A stretch of DNA of 35,425 nucleotides from Candidatus Altarchaeum sp. GTDB lineage: Archaea > Altiarchaeota > Altiarchaeia > Altiarchaeales > Altiarchaeaceae. The position numbers and the translations under genes are program-made. Positions 9,201 through 17,402 of this stretch are shown piece by piece. The number at the start of each line of letters is the position of its first letter. Position 1 is the first letter of the stretch. Under the pieces are notes generated by a model, which ran no database searches, had not been told where the DNA came from, and worked only from the letters and a program-made list of their open reading frames with translations. The stretch covers positions 1-35,425 of the forward strand of contig JAGWDQ010000098.1 of the NCBI GenBank assembly GCA_018260615.1, given 5' to 3'.

Positions 9201-9767
9201 ATGGGAGAAAAATTGGTTCTTGATGAAAACATCTTCTATAAAGCGATCAACATCAATGAAAACAAACATAATGAATGTTATAAGTTAGTTGAAATAATTT
9301 ATGAGACGAAACATAAACTTGTTTGTGATCAAAATCTTAAGAAGAGATATGGAGAAAGAATAGAAAATATTTCCCGGAAGGACACAGATGAAAAAGCAAT
9401 GGACAATATCCAAATGATGCTTCGCACGAGCGGAAAAGAGGGATATGTGATAATGATAAATGAAGGATACAAAAGGAGATTAGAAAAGATGCATAAGGAA
9501 TTGCTTAAGCAAATGAAGGGAAGCTTTGACGCTTATTTTAAACAAAATGCTAAAAGTAATAAAGAAGATTTAGAAATAGCAAAGATTGTAGCCATATCTA
9601 TGGCTTATGCTCTGATAACAGAGGATTCAGAATTTTACAAGTGGATAAAAGATTTTTTGAATTCATATTTTGATAACTATGAAAAATTAGAAAAAATAAA
9701 TACTTTGAAATCTGATAAAGCATTAGAAGATAAAAAGATAAATCCTAAAAACCAAAATTTAAATTAA
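9201..9767 (+). CDS. Divergent PIN-like protein coupled to the ATPase
   Basis: LVLDENI, KEDLEI and LITED match the spacing of PIN acidic motifs. Starts 1 nt after the ATPase stop. Confidence 0.55.
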   Translation: MGEKLVLDENIFYKAININENKHNECYKLVEIIYETKHKLVCDQNLKKRYGERIENISRKDTDEKAMDNIQMMLRTSGKEGYVIMINEGYKRRLEKMHKELLKQMKGSFDAYFKQNAKSNKEDLEIAKIVAISMAYALITEDSEFYKWIKDFLNSYFDNYEKLEKINTLKSDKALEDKKINPKNQNLN

Positions 9768-9793
9768 TATTTAAATTCATCCCAATACACAAT

Positions 9794-10981
9794 ATGAAGC
9801 TCGCAATCATCGGTGATGTCCATTTAGGAAAAGCCCAGAAAGGACTGTCTGAAAGAGAAGACGACATATACGACTTATTTTTAAGAATTTCTGAACGGCT
9901 GATAAACGAAAAAGTAGGCATTGTCTGTTTTTTGGGGGACTTATTTGATTCCTCACATCCCCCTGTTAAGGCAATTTCTGTTGCTCTCAATGTATTTGAA
10001 AATTTTGCAAAGAACAACATAAAAGTCATATTAATTGCCGGAAATCACGATATTCCTTCAATAAAAACGAGGATGTGTCCTGTAGAGATTACAAAAACGA
10101 ATGAATGTATTATTGAAATTTCCACAAAAAATCCGGTATTTAAATTTAATGAACATAACCTTAATGTCTATATTTGTGGTGTTGAATATCATCCGCCGGA
10201 GAAGAGGCAATCACTAATTAAAGCACTGGAGAATATTTCATCATCCCTCTCGCTAAAGACCAATTCCGAAAAAAATTTAAATATCCTGCTTTTACATCAG
10301 GGTCTAAAAGAATTTTCCCCCGCAGAGGAAGAAATTTCACTTACGGAAATCCCGAATGTCTTTGATTTTATTTTTGTCGGACATCTTCATTTGAGAATGG
10401 AAAAGTCGCATGGAAAGACACATATAATTTTGCCCGGTTCCATAGAAATAGGAAGTGTCAGCGAGGTAGTTAAACAAATGCATAACGAAGCAAGTGTTAT
10501 TCTGATAAATACGGAAACCGAAATGTATGAGAAAGTTAAAATTTCATTATCCAGAAAATTTATACATAAAAAATTTCCTTCTTCTGCAATTGCTCACGAA
10601 TTGAAAAATTTAACGGCCGAATTAGAAAAAAGTGTTGTTGACGGAAAATTACCCTGGGTTTATCTGGAAATAGAAGACGATGCAAAAATAGGCAATTCGT
10701 TAATAAATGAAAAAATAGCAAGAGCAACAGAAGGAAATGCGTTGTTTGTTCAAAAAGAGATCAGTTCCGAAGAAATGAACGAAAGAGAAACAAATACCGA
10801 AATTTCGTTTAAGGATGTCAATATCAGGGACATAATAAAGAGTTATTTTCCCAAATATAATGACGAGGTTTATGAATTGTATGAAAAAAGAAAAGACATA
10901 AGCGGTGCGAAAGAAGTTATGAATAAAATTTACGCTCAATTTAAAGATAATTATATCAGGCAAAAATTACCTGAAATGTGA
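9794..10981 (+). CDS. mre11: Mre11/SbcD-family DNA repair nuclease
   Basis: GDVHLG, GDLFDS, AGNHD and GHLH metallophosphoesterase motifs. Confidence 0.85.
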   Translation: MKLAIIGDVHLGKAQKGLSEREDDIYDLFLRISERLINEKVGIVCFLGDLFDSSHPPVKAISVALNVFENFAKNNIKVILIAGNHDIPSIKTRMCPVEITKTNECIIEISTKNPVFKFNEHNLNVYICGVEYHPPEKRQSLIKALENISSSLSLKTNSEKNLNILLLHQGLKEFSPAEEEISLTEIPNVFDFIFVGHLHLRMEKSHGKTHIILPGSIEIGSVSEVVKQMHNEASVILINTETEMYEKVKISLSRKFIHKKFPSSAIAHELKNLTAELEKSVVDGKLPWVYLEIEDDAKIGNSLINEKIARATEGNALFVQKEISSEEMNERETNTEISFKDVNIRDIIKSYFPKYNDEVYELYEKRKDISGAKEVMNKIYAQFKDNYIRQKLPEM

Positions 10982-11076
10982 CAATTATTATAAAAAAATA
11001 TAATGTTAAAATTTTAATATATAAAATAAATTTTAATATAAAAAACAAATACCATAAATAAAGTAAAAATTTTAAA

Positions 11077-11229
11077 ATGTCAAGCAGAAAAACATCATCG
11101 GTAAAGCGAATTTTGAATGAACGAAGCAATTCCAGAAAAAGAGCACCTGTATGGGTATTTTTAAAAACAAAGAAAGTAAGATATAGTCCGCAGTCACATA
11201 AAAACTGGAAGAATTCGGGTATATTTTAA
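11077..11229 (+). CDS. rpl39e: 50S ribosomal protein L39e (missed by the ORF track)
   Basis: MSSRKTSSVKRILNERSNSRKRAPVWVFLKTKKVRYSPQSHKNWKNSGIF*, 50 aa, with the P-V-W-V-x-x-K-T...W signature. Confidence 0.88.
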   Translation: MSSRKTSSVKRILNERSNSRKRAPVWVFLKTKKVRYSPQSHKNWKNSGIF

Positions 11230-11266
11230 TTTAAAATTTTTAATTTTGTCTTTGTAAATTTTTAAA

Positions 11267-11656
11267 ATGAGCAGCGAGATAGATTATGAGGAAGCAAAAA
11301 ATCTAAAAATTAACAGATATGTTATGATAGATAACGAAGCATGCAAAGTCATAGCAAGTGACCATTCAAAGCCGGGAAAACACGGAGAAGCAAAATACAG
11401 GATTGAAGGAATTGGTATATTTGATGACAGAAGAAGGTCTTTTATTATACCTGCAAGTCATAAGGTTGAAGTACCTATTGTTGATAAAAATACCGCACAG
11501 GTTTTGAATGCTACTAAAGATACCCTTCAGTTAATGGATATGAAGACCTTTGAGGTTTTTGAGGTTCCAAAGCCAACGGATATGGATATACAGTCAAACA
11601 CTGAAATTTCATATATTAGCGCTGTTGGAAAAAGAAAAATAGTCCCGAAGCAATGA
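11267..11656 (+). CDS. eif5a: Translation factor aIF5A
   Basis: SKPGKHGEAK hypusine loop. Confidence 0.96.
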   Translation: MSSEIDYEEAKNLKINRYVMIDNEACKVIASDHSKPGKHGEAKYRIEGIGIFDDRRRSFIIPASHKVEVPIVDKNTAQVLNATKDTLQLMDMKTFEVFEVPKPTDMDIQSNTEISYISAVGKRKIVPKQ

Positions 11657-11710
11657 TATTCCGGGAGATATGTCGGGATAAATTTTTGTTTTATTTTTTA
11701 TTTTTTTGTG
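11657..11710 (+). terminator. Hairpin plus T-rich tract after eif5a
   Basis: TATTCCG (11657-11663) pairs with CGGGATA (11674-11680), followed by T-runs. Confidence 0.5.
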
Positions 11711-11756
11711 TGTTGTAAAAATTTAGTTCTTTTTGTGAAATTTAATAAACAACAAT

Positions 11757-12296
11757 ATGGATGCCAGGAAACAGGTAATTGTTATAGGGGTCTGCGGAAG
11801 TGTCGCTGCCGTTGAAGATGTGAAGTTAATAAGAGAGTTGAGGAGACAAAATTTTGATGTGTATGTAGTGATGAGTGAAAATGCAAAGAATATTGTAGGA
11901 AAGGATGCGTTGGAATGGGCAAGCGAACACAAAGTTACAGATAAAATTTCCGGTTCTGTTGAGCATGTTTATTTTTGCGGCGTGCAGGGGATTGCCGACC
12001 TTTTATTAATTTGTCCGTGTACGGCAAATACTCTTTCAAAAATAGCGTGCGGAATAGATGACACTTCCGTAACGACATTCGCAACAACTGCACTTGGAAG
12101 TAAAAAGAAAATTATTATCGTTCCTGCTATGCATATAAGTATGTATCATAATCCTTTTGTTGCAGAGAATGTTGAAAATTTAAAGAAGCAGGGAATAAAA
12201 TTTGTTGAAAAATTTGAAGGAAACAAGGTTAAATTTCCGGATATTGATGAGATTGTCAGGGTTGTTAAGGAAGAAATTTCAAAATTTAAGGATTAA
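11757..12296 (+). CDS. coaC: Stand-alone phosphopantothenoylcysteine decarboxylase (HFCD flavoprotein)
   Basis: GVCGSVAA, PCTANTLSKIACGIDD and PAMH motifs. No CoaB domain is fused. Confidence 0.8.
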   Translation: MDARKQVIVIGVCGSVAAVEDVKLIRELRRQNFDVYVVMSENAKNIVGKDALEWASEHKVTDKISGSVEHVYFCGVQGIADLLLICPCTANTLSKIACGIDDTSVTTFATTALGSKKKIIIVPAMHISMYHNPFVAENVENLKKQGIKFVEKFEGNKVKFPDIDEIVRVVKEEISKFKD

Positions 12297-12298
12297 AA

Positions 12299-12369
12299 TG
12301 CGCTCGCCGGGATTCGGACCCGGGTTTTCGGCTTGGAAGGCCGAAGTCCTACCACTAGACTACAAGCGC
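12299..12369 (-). tRNA. tRNA-Gly(TCC)
   Basis: GCGCTTG/CGAGCGC acceptor stem, TCGGC-CT-TCC-AA-GCCGA anticodon arm. T-loop reads TCCGAAT. Confidence 0.93.
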
Positions 12370-12472
12370 AAAGTTATAATTTTTGTAAATTATTTCTGTA
12401 AATAATTACACTTTATAATAAAAATTTAAATTTGAAATATATATTTTTGCCTGTCATCTAACAACATATAAA

Positions 12473-13084
12473 ATGAATGAAGAATTTAAACATACTTTTG
12501 CGGAATTTATATCAAAGATAACAATGGCGCCATTATTGGCAATACCAGCATTTTTCATCTTAAATTTTGTTTTTCTGCACGGATTAGACACAAATTTTGC
12601 CGGAATAGAATTTATATGCCTTCTTTTCGGAACTATTTTACCCATTGCATCCATGATAATAGCCGTTGAATTAAAGAAGCGAAAGAATGAAAACACAGAA
12701 TACGATTTGCCTAATAAAGAAGACAGAGTCATTCCTTACATACTTGCCATAATTTCCTACTTAACGGGAACAATTATTTTGTATTTCTTTAATGCACCTT
12801 TGCTCACTATCGGACTGATGTTTTGCTATTTTTCCAATACAGTGATTGCTTTTTTAATAAATTTTTTCTGGAAAATAAGCGCACATGCAATTGGTGTTAC
12901 GGGACCAGCAACTGCATTAGTATTTGCCTTCGGATATATTGGTTTTATTTATGCTTTAATTCTTCCCTTTGTTATGTGGAGCAGAATATATTTAAAAAAA
13001 CATACTGTGCTTCAGGTCATAACCGGAGCATTACTCGGATTTGTATTAACTGCGGTTCAGTTATGGATATTGTTTGGTGCATAA
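12473..13084 (+). CDS. PAP2-like integral membrane protein
   Basis: Multiple TM helices; KISAHAIG and SRIYLKKHT..QVITG motifs. Confidence 0.75.
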   Translation: MNEEFKHTFAEFISKITMAPLLAIPAFFILNFVFLHGLDTNFAGIEFICLLFGTILPIASMIIAVELKKRKNENTEYDLPNKEDRVIPYILAIISYLTGTIILYFFNAPLLTIGLMFCYFSNTVIAFLINFFWKISAHAIGVTGPATALVFAFGYIGFIYALILPFVMWSRIYLKKHTVLQVITGALLGFVLTAVQLWILFGA

Positions 13085-13149
13085 CACATTAATAAATTAT
13101 TGAAAACCTAATTCCTATTTGAGTTTATATCTAAATTTCAATTTTTAAA

Positions 13150-13650
13150 ATGGAAATACAAAATTTTTATAAATTGTTGGCACCAAGACCCGTTGTATTG
13201 ATTTCAACGATTGACGGCAATGGAAATTCAGATGCGGCACCTTATAGTTTTATAATGCCCGTATCTCAAAATCCGCCTTTAATTGGTTTCTCATCGGTGA
13301 ACACAAGGAAAACACTGAAAAACATTCGCGAAACAAAGGAATTTGTTGTAAATATTCCAACCGAAGAAATTTTGCCGGATTTATGGAAATGCGCCCAATA
13401 TTCCGGAAATGAAAGAAACGATAAAATTTCTTATGCAAATTTAACCGCCGAAAAGTCCGGGAAGGTTAATGTTCCGAGAATAAAGGAATGTATGGCATGG
13501 ATTGAATGCAGGTTTTTCTTTGAAAAGGAATTTAATGACAGGGTTCTGGTTGTCGGAGAAGTTGTTGAATGTGAAGGCAAGGAAGGAATTTGTCCGCTGC
13601 ATATCGGCGGGAATAAATTTGGCATAAGTTCCCGACGTTTAACTGTTTAA
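13150..13650 (+). CDS. Flavin reductase family protein (DIM6/NTAB)
   Basis: PRPVVLIST, AAPYSF, TLKNIRETKEFVVN and IECR motifs. Confidence 0.9.
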   Translation: MEIQNFYKLLAPRPVVLISTIDGNGNSDAAPYSFIMPVSQNPPLIGFSSVNTRKTLKNIRETKEFVVNIPTEEILPDLWKCAQYSGNERNDKISYANLTAEKSGKVNVPRIKECMAWIECRFFFEKEFNDRVLVVGEVVECEGKEGICPLHIGGNKFGISSRRLTV

Positions 13651-13651
13651 A

Positions 13652-15109
13652 ATGGACTTTTACCTAATGCTAGGCATTTTTGTATTTTCTGTATTGTTTT
13701 TTGTCGGAACTGCATTTTTGATGAGGAGAAATTGTCAGAGATATTTGGGAATAATCTTTCTGATAAGGACAAAATACGGAATTAAATTTATTGAGAAAGC
13801 AAGTAAACTACCGGGATGGAAATTTATTGCCGACTTTGCGATTGTGGCATCACTATCCGGAATTGGCGCACTTTACTTATCCTCACAGGGCAGGGCAAAA
13901 AATTTATCCGTTATTTTCTTAATCTTCGGACTGTTTGCCTGTTTTATAAATTTTCATACAATTGAACTTTTTATTGCGGGCTTACTATTTGTTTTGTTAG
14001 TCGCGGCAATCATAAGAAAATTTCCAAATCATTATCTAATATTTGTTGTTTTTTCAGTCCTCATATTTACAATAGCATCTAAGGGCTATCTGATTATTTT
14101 TCCTCACGCACAGATGGAAATTTTGACAACCCTTCCCATGTCAATATTAATAAGCATATTCGGACTGCCTGCCTTTATAATAGGGGCACTGACAACTCAT
14201 GCGTTCGAAATAATATTTGCAGGTTCTGAAATTCCCGGCGTATCGCCGATGCTTCCGAGTATCAAAGACGGAGAGATCGGACTCGGATTTTTGGGCTATG
14301 AAGGTATTTTCATTCCGATATGGTATGGAATAATCGCATTGATTATCCTTTTAACCTCGCACGAAATTTCTCACGGAATATTAAGTTATGTCCACAAAAT
14401 AAATTTAAAATCAACGGGCTTATTAACATTCGGAATAATTCCGATCGGTGCGTTTGTTGAGCCGGATGAAGAAGGTCTGAAGAAATGTGAGGGCTATAAA
14501 AGAATGCAGATTTATGTAATGGGTTCTTTTGCAAATTTCGTCGTGGCAATGACTGGCGTGCTGCTCCTTACTCTGCTCGTTTCTGCTGCATACAGTCCTG
14601 ATAACGGAATGCTTGTCGGAAGTGTTATGAATAATAGTCCGGCTTATTATGCCAATTTAAGTGAAGGAACAACAATATACAAAATAGATAATGAAAATCC
14701 ATGGAAACAACTGCAAAATTTATCGCAAAATAAAACTCTGAATCTTGAAACAAATAAGGGAAACCGGACGCTTACAACAACACAGCACCCGAACATTGAA
14801 GGAAGGGGCTATATCGGAATTACTTACTCAGTACCAATAAATAAAGGTCTGCAAAATTTTGAAAATTTTATTCGTATTTTGACCGAACTTCTCGGATGGA
14901 TAATTTTATTAAATTTTCTTGTTGGAATTACAAATTTAATGCCGATATCTCCTTTTGACGGGGGAAAGATGATTGAAGAAGTTATTGCTTCACTTAATTT
15001 AAATGAGGAAATTGTGAGACACATAATATTGGCAATAATAGGAATTGTGTTATTTTTGCTAATAATTAACGCTTCGCCAATTTTAAAGATAATTTCGGAG
15101 ATATTTTAA
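13652..15109 (+). CDS. Site-2 protease (M50) with PDZ-like insert
   Basis: HEISH, GAFVEPD and NLMPISPFDGG motifs; many TM segments. Confidence 0.92.
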   Translation: MDFYLMLGIFVFSVLFFVGTAFLMRRNCQRYLGIIFLIRTKYGIKFIEKASKLPGWKFIADFAIVASLSGIGALYLSSQGRAKNLSVIFLIFGLFACFINFHTIELFIAGLLFVLLVAAIIRKFPNHYLIFVVFSVLIFTIASKGYLIIFPHAQMEILTTLPMSILISIFGLPAFIIGALTTHAFEIIFAGSEIPGVSPMLPSIKDGEIGLGFLGYEGIFIPIWYGIIALIILLTSHEISHGILSYVHKINLKSTGLLTFGIIPIGAFVEPDEEGLKKCEGYKRMQIYVMGSFANFVVAMTGVLLLTLLVSAAYSPDNGMLVGSVMNNSPAYYANLSEGTTIYKIDNENPWKQLQNLSQNKTLNLETNKGNRTLTTTQHPNIEGRGYIGITYSVPINKGLQNFENFIRILTELLGWIILLNFLVGITNLMPISPFDGGKMIEEVIASLNLNEEIVRHIILAIIGIVLFLLIINASPILKIISEIF

Positions 15110-15130
15110 TTATTTTAATAAATTTTCAAA

Positions 15131-15670
15131 ATGAAAACAAAAATAATTGCGGGAATATTTGTATTAGTGGTCTTGGCCATATTGCTAATCGCAGGACCTT
15201 ATCTGTTTTCGCAAATTCAGGAAAAAGAGGCATTTAAAAATGTTGAGATTGACTTTGAAGGTCTTGAAATAAAAAACATTGACATGCAGCAAGTGACTTT
15301 AAATTTAAATTTAAGGTGCTACAATCCAAATAAAATTCCCGCCGTTCTTGACGGAGCGGACTATGAAATTTATTTACAGGGAATTTATATTGGTAATGGC
15401 TCTCTTAACGAACGACTAACAATTCCCCCGAATGAAACAAAAATAGCAAGGAGCGAAGTAAATGTCAGGTATGAAAATTTAAACCGGTTGTTAAATATTT
15501 CGGATGAGATAGTTAAAAGTGACGGGAAAGTTGACATAATGATAAAAGGTAATGCGTATGTTGAGTTCATCGGAAAGATTAATTTTCCGTTTAAAGTAGA
15601 AAAGGAAATAAATTTAAGTGCAGATGTTGTTGAAAAAATAAAGGGGTTGAAAAATTTTAAAATATTCTGA
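15131..15670 (+). CDS. LEA_2/WHy-domain membrane-anchored protein
   Basis: N-terminal TM, then 'LNLRCYNPN.IP..L....YEIY..G..IGNG'. Confidence 0.8.
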   Translation: MKTKIIAGIFVLVVLAILLIAGPYLFSQIQEKEAFKNVEIDFEGLEIKNIDMQQVTLNLNLRCYNPNKIPAVLDGADYEIYLQGIYIGNGSLNERLTIPPNETKIARSEVNVRYENLNRLLNISDEIVKSDGKVDIMIKGNAYVEFIGKINFPFKVEKEINLSADVVEKIKGLKNFKIF

Positions 15671-15847
15671 TTCAAATTTCCAAAGTTATTTTTATATATA
15701 ACCCAAATTCACCGGGTAAATGAACATTTTCACTTGTGATTTTGAATGATATTGGAGAGTTTAAAGTGTCTAAATTTACCTTAAAACTTTTTGAAATAAA
15801 TTTAATTTAAGGTGTGAAGTTTAGTATAAATTATTGCTTATAAACTC

Positions 15848-16942
15848 CTATACTGAATTTTCCAGCAATTTTATCTTGCTTTTTAATGTCAGATATTTTA
15901 CTTCTTTAATTAATGATAATTTAACATCCATACTTTTTTCTTTTGCAGCAAGATAAAGTGCAGCCGCAGCAAATCCCGCCGGCGATCTTCCGCTCAAAAC
16001 ACCGTTTTTGGCAACTGATTTTAAAATTTCTCCGGCTTTTGCTTCAACCTCCGGAGGAAGATTCCACCTGTCTGCAAATTTACTTAGATAATCCCCGGGA
16101 ACACTTCTTATGCAGCTATTTATATTTACCTTATTTTGACTTTTTTGCCCGGGCACAATATTTACTTTGTCAGAATACATTTCTTCAGTTACGGGTTGCA
16201 TATCTTTTATATATCTCCATGCTAATTGTCTTGTAACATCCGCTGCTTTACATATATCAAGAAACTGAAACGGAATTTTATGTACCTTGCACAATACATA
16301 TATCACCGCTGCTGCCATGCCCTGAAAATTTTTCCCTTTTGTAAGGTGTTTTTCCATTGCGTTTTTATAAATATGTGCACATTCATCCTTCATGTATTCT
16401 ATGTTGTTCCCGACATTAAGGGTACTTAAAACCCTGTCAACCTTTGATAATACAAGAACAAAATTTCTGTCTTTTGTATTTACTAATTTAGTCCTGTTTT
16501 GGAGTTTATTTATTCGTGACTGTTTAATTTTTGTTCGCACAGGTATAGGCGTACCATAAATATCGGTATGTCCGACTCCCACCCTTGTTGAAAGTCCTTT
16601 ATCCCATAGTGATTCCTTTGTTGAACCGTTGGCTCTTTGAACCCCCGATACATCATTGTCAAATGTTCTCCACTCGTTTTCAGATGAAATAATCTGTTCT
16701 TCTAATATCATGCCGCATTTATCACATCTTATTTCACCGTGTTTTTTGTCGGTAACAAAATATGACTTGCAGTTCGGACAAACATACTTATTTAGATATC
16801 TTTCTTCGTCTTTTTTTTCCTCTGCTGCCGGTTTGTCTGTTTTTAGCGATTGAGCCCACAATTCTTCTAACTTCTCCGATTCATCATTATTTTTTTGTAT
16901 AGGTACTTTTTTTTCTATCCTTTTTTTATCTGCTCCTTCCAT
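15848..16942 (-). CDS. tfb: Transcription initiation factor IIB
   Basis: CPNC..CDKCG zinc ribbon, EWRTF B-reader, and cyclin repeats (GRSPAGFAAAALYLAA). Confidence 0.92.
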   Translation of the reverse strand: MEGADKKRIEKKVPIQKNNDESEKLEELWAQSLKTDKPAAEEKKDEERYLNKYVCPNCKSYFVTDKKHGEIRCDKCGMILEEQIISSENEWRTFDNDVSGVQRANGSTKESLWDKGLSTRVGVGHTDIYGTPIPVRTKIKQSRINKLQNRTKLVNTKDRNFVLVLSKVDRVLSTLNVGNNIEYMKDECAHIYKNAMEKHLTKGKNFQGMAAAVIYVLCKVHKIPFQFLDICKAADVTRQLAWRYIKDMQPVTEEMYSDKVNIVPGQKSQNKVNINSCIRSVPGDYLSKFADRWNLPPEVEAKAGEILKSVAKNGVLSGRSPAGFAAAALYLAAKEKSMDVKLSLIKEVKYLTLKSKIKLLENSV

Positions 16943-17312
16943 ATTGTCTGCTTTTATCCCTTTCTTTATATGATGGCTGATTAGACCATTTCTGTTGTTT
17001 TTTTCTGTTCCTGTTTTGTTTTAAAATTTCAACATCTTCTCCAACAATAGATGAAGTAATCCCTTTATCCCGTATATCTGCTACAAGAAAGAAATCACTC
17101 ACTCTTCCGATTATGGTGGAAATTTTTCCGACACTTTTATCGTTGTATAAAATTTCATAATTCAGAAGTTTATTCGGATTAAAAGCCCCATACTTGTTCG
17201 TATATAATTCGCCTTTTGAATTCATTCCACCCATTATTCCTTCGGTATCTGTTCGAACATCTGCCTTTATTACAACAGAATTCTGCACAACACTTAAGAT
17301 CTTTCCTTTCAT
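16926..17312 (-). CDS. Gar1/Naf1-like H/ACA RNP component
   Basis: 'VGKISTIIGRVSDFFLV' resembles the Gar1 core; gar1-tfb adjacency is common in archaea. Confidence 0.55.
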   Translation of the reverse strand: MKGKILSVVQNSVVIKADVRTDTEGIMGGMNSKGELYTNKYGAFNPNKLLNYEILYNDKSVGKISTIIGRVSDFFLVADIRDKGITSSIVGEDVEILKQNRNRKKQQKWSNQPSYKERDKSRQYGRSR

Positions 17313-17402
17313 TTTGAATAAATTTTATGTAAATTCATTTATTAATATGATTTCATTCCTAAATTTATACATTTTATTTTATTAAATTAAATTAAATTAC
17401 AA

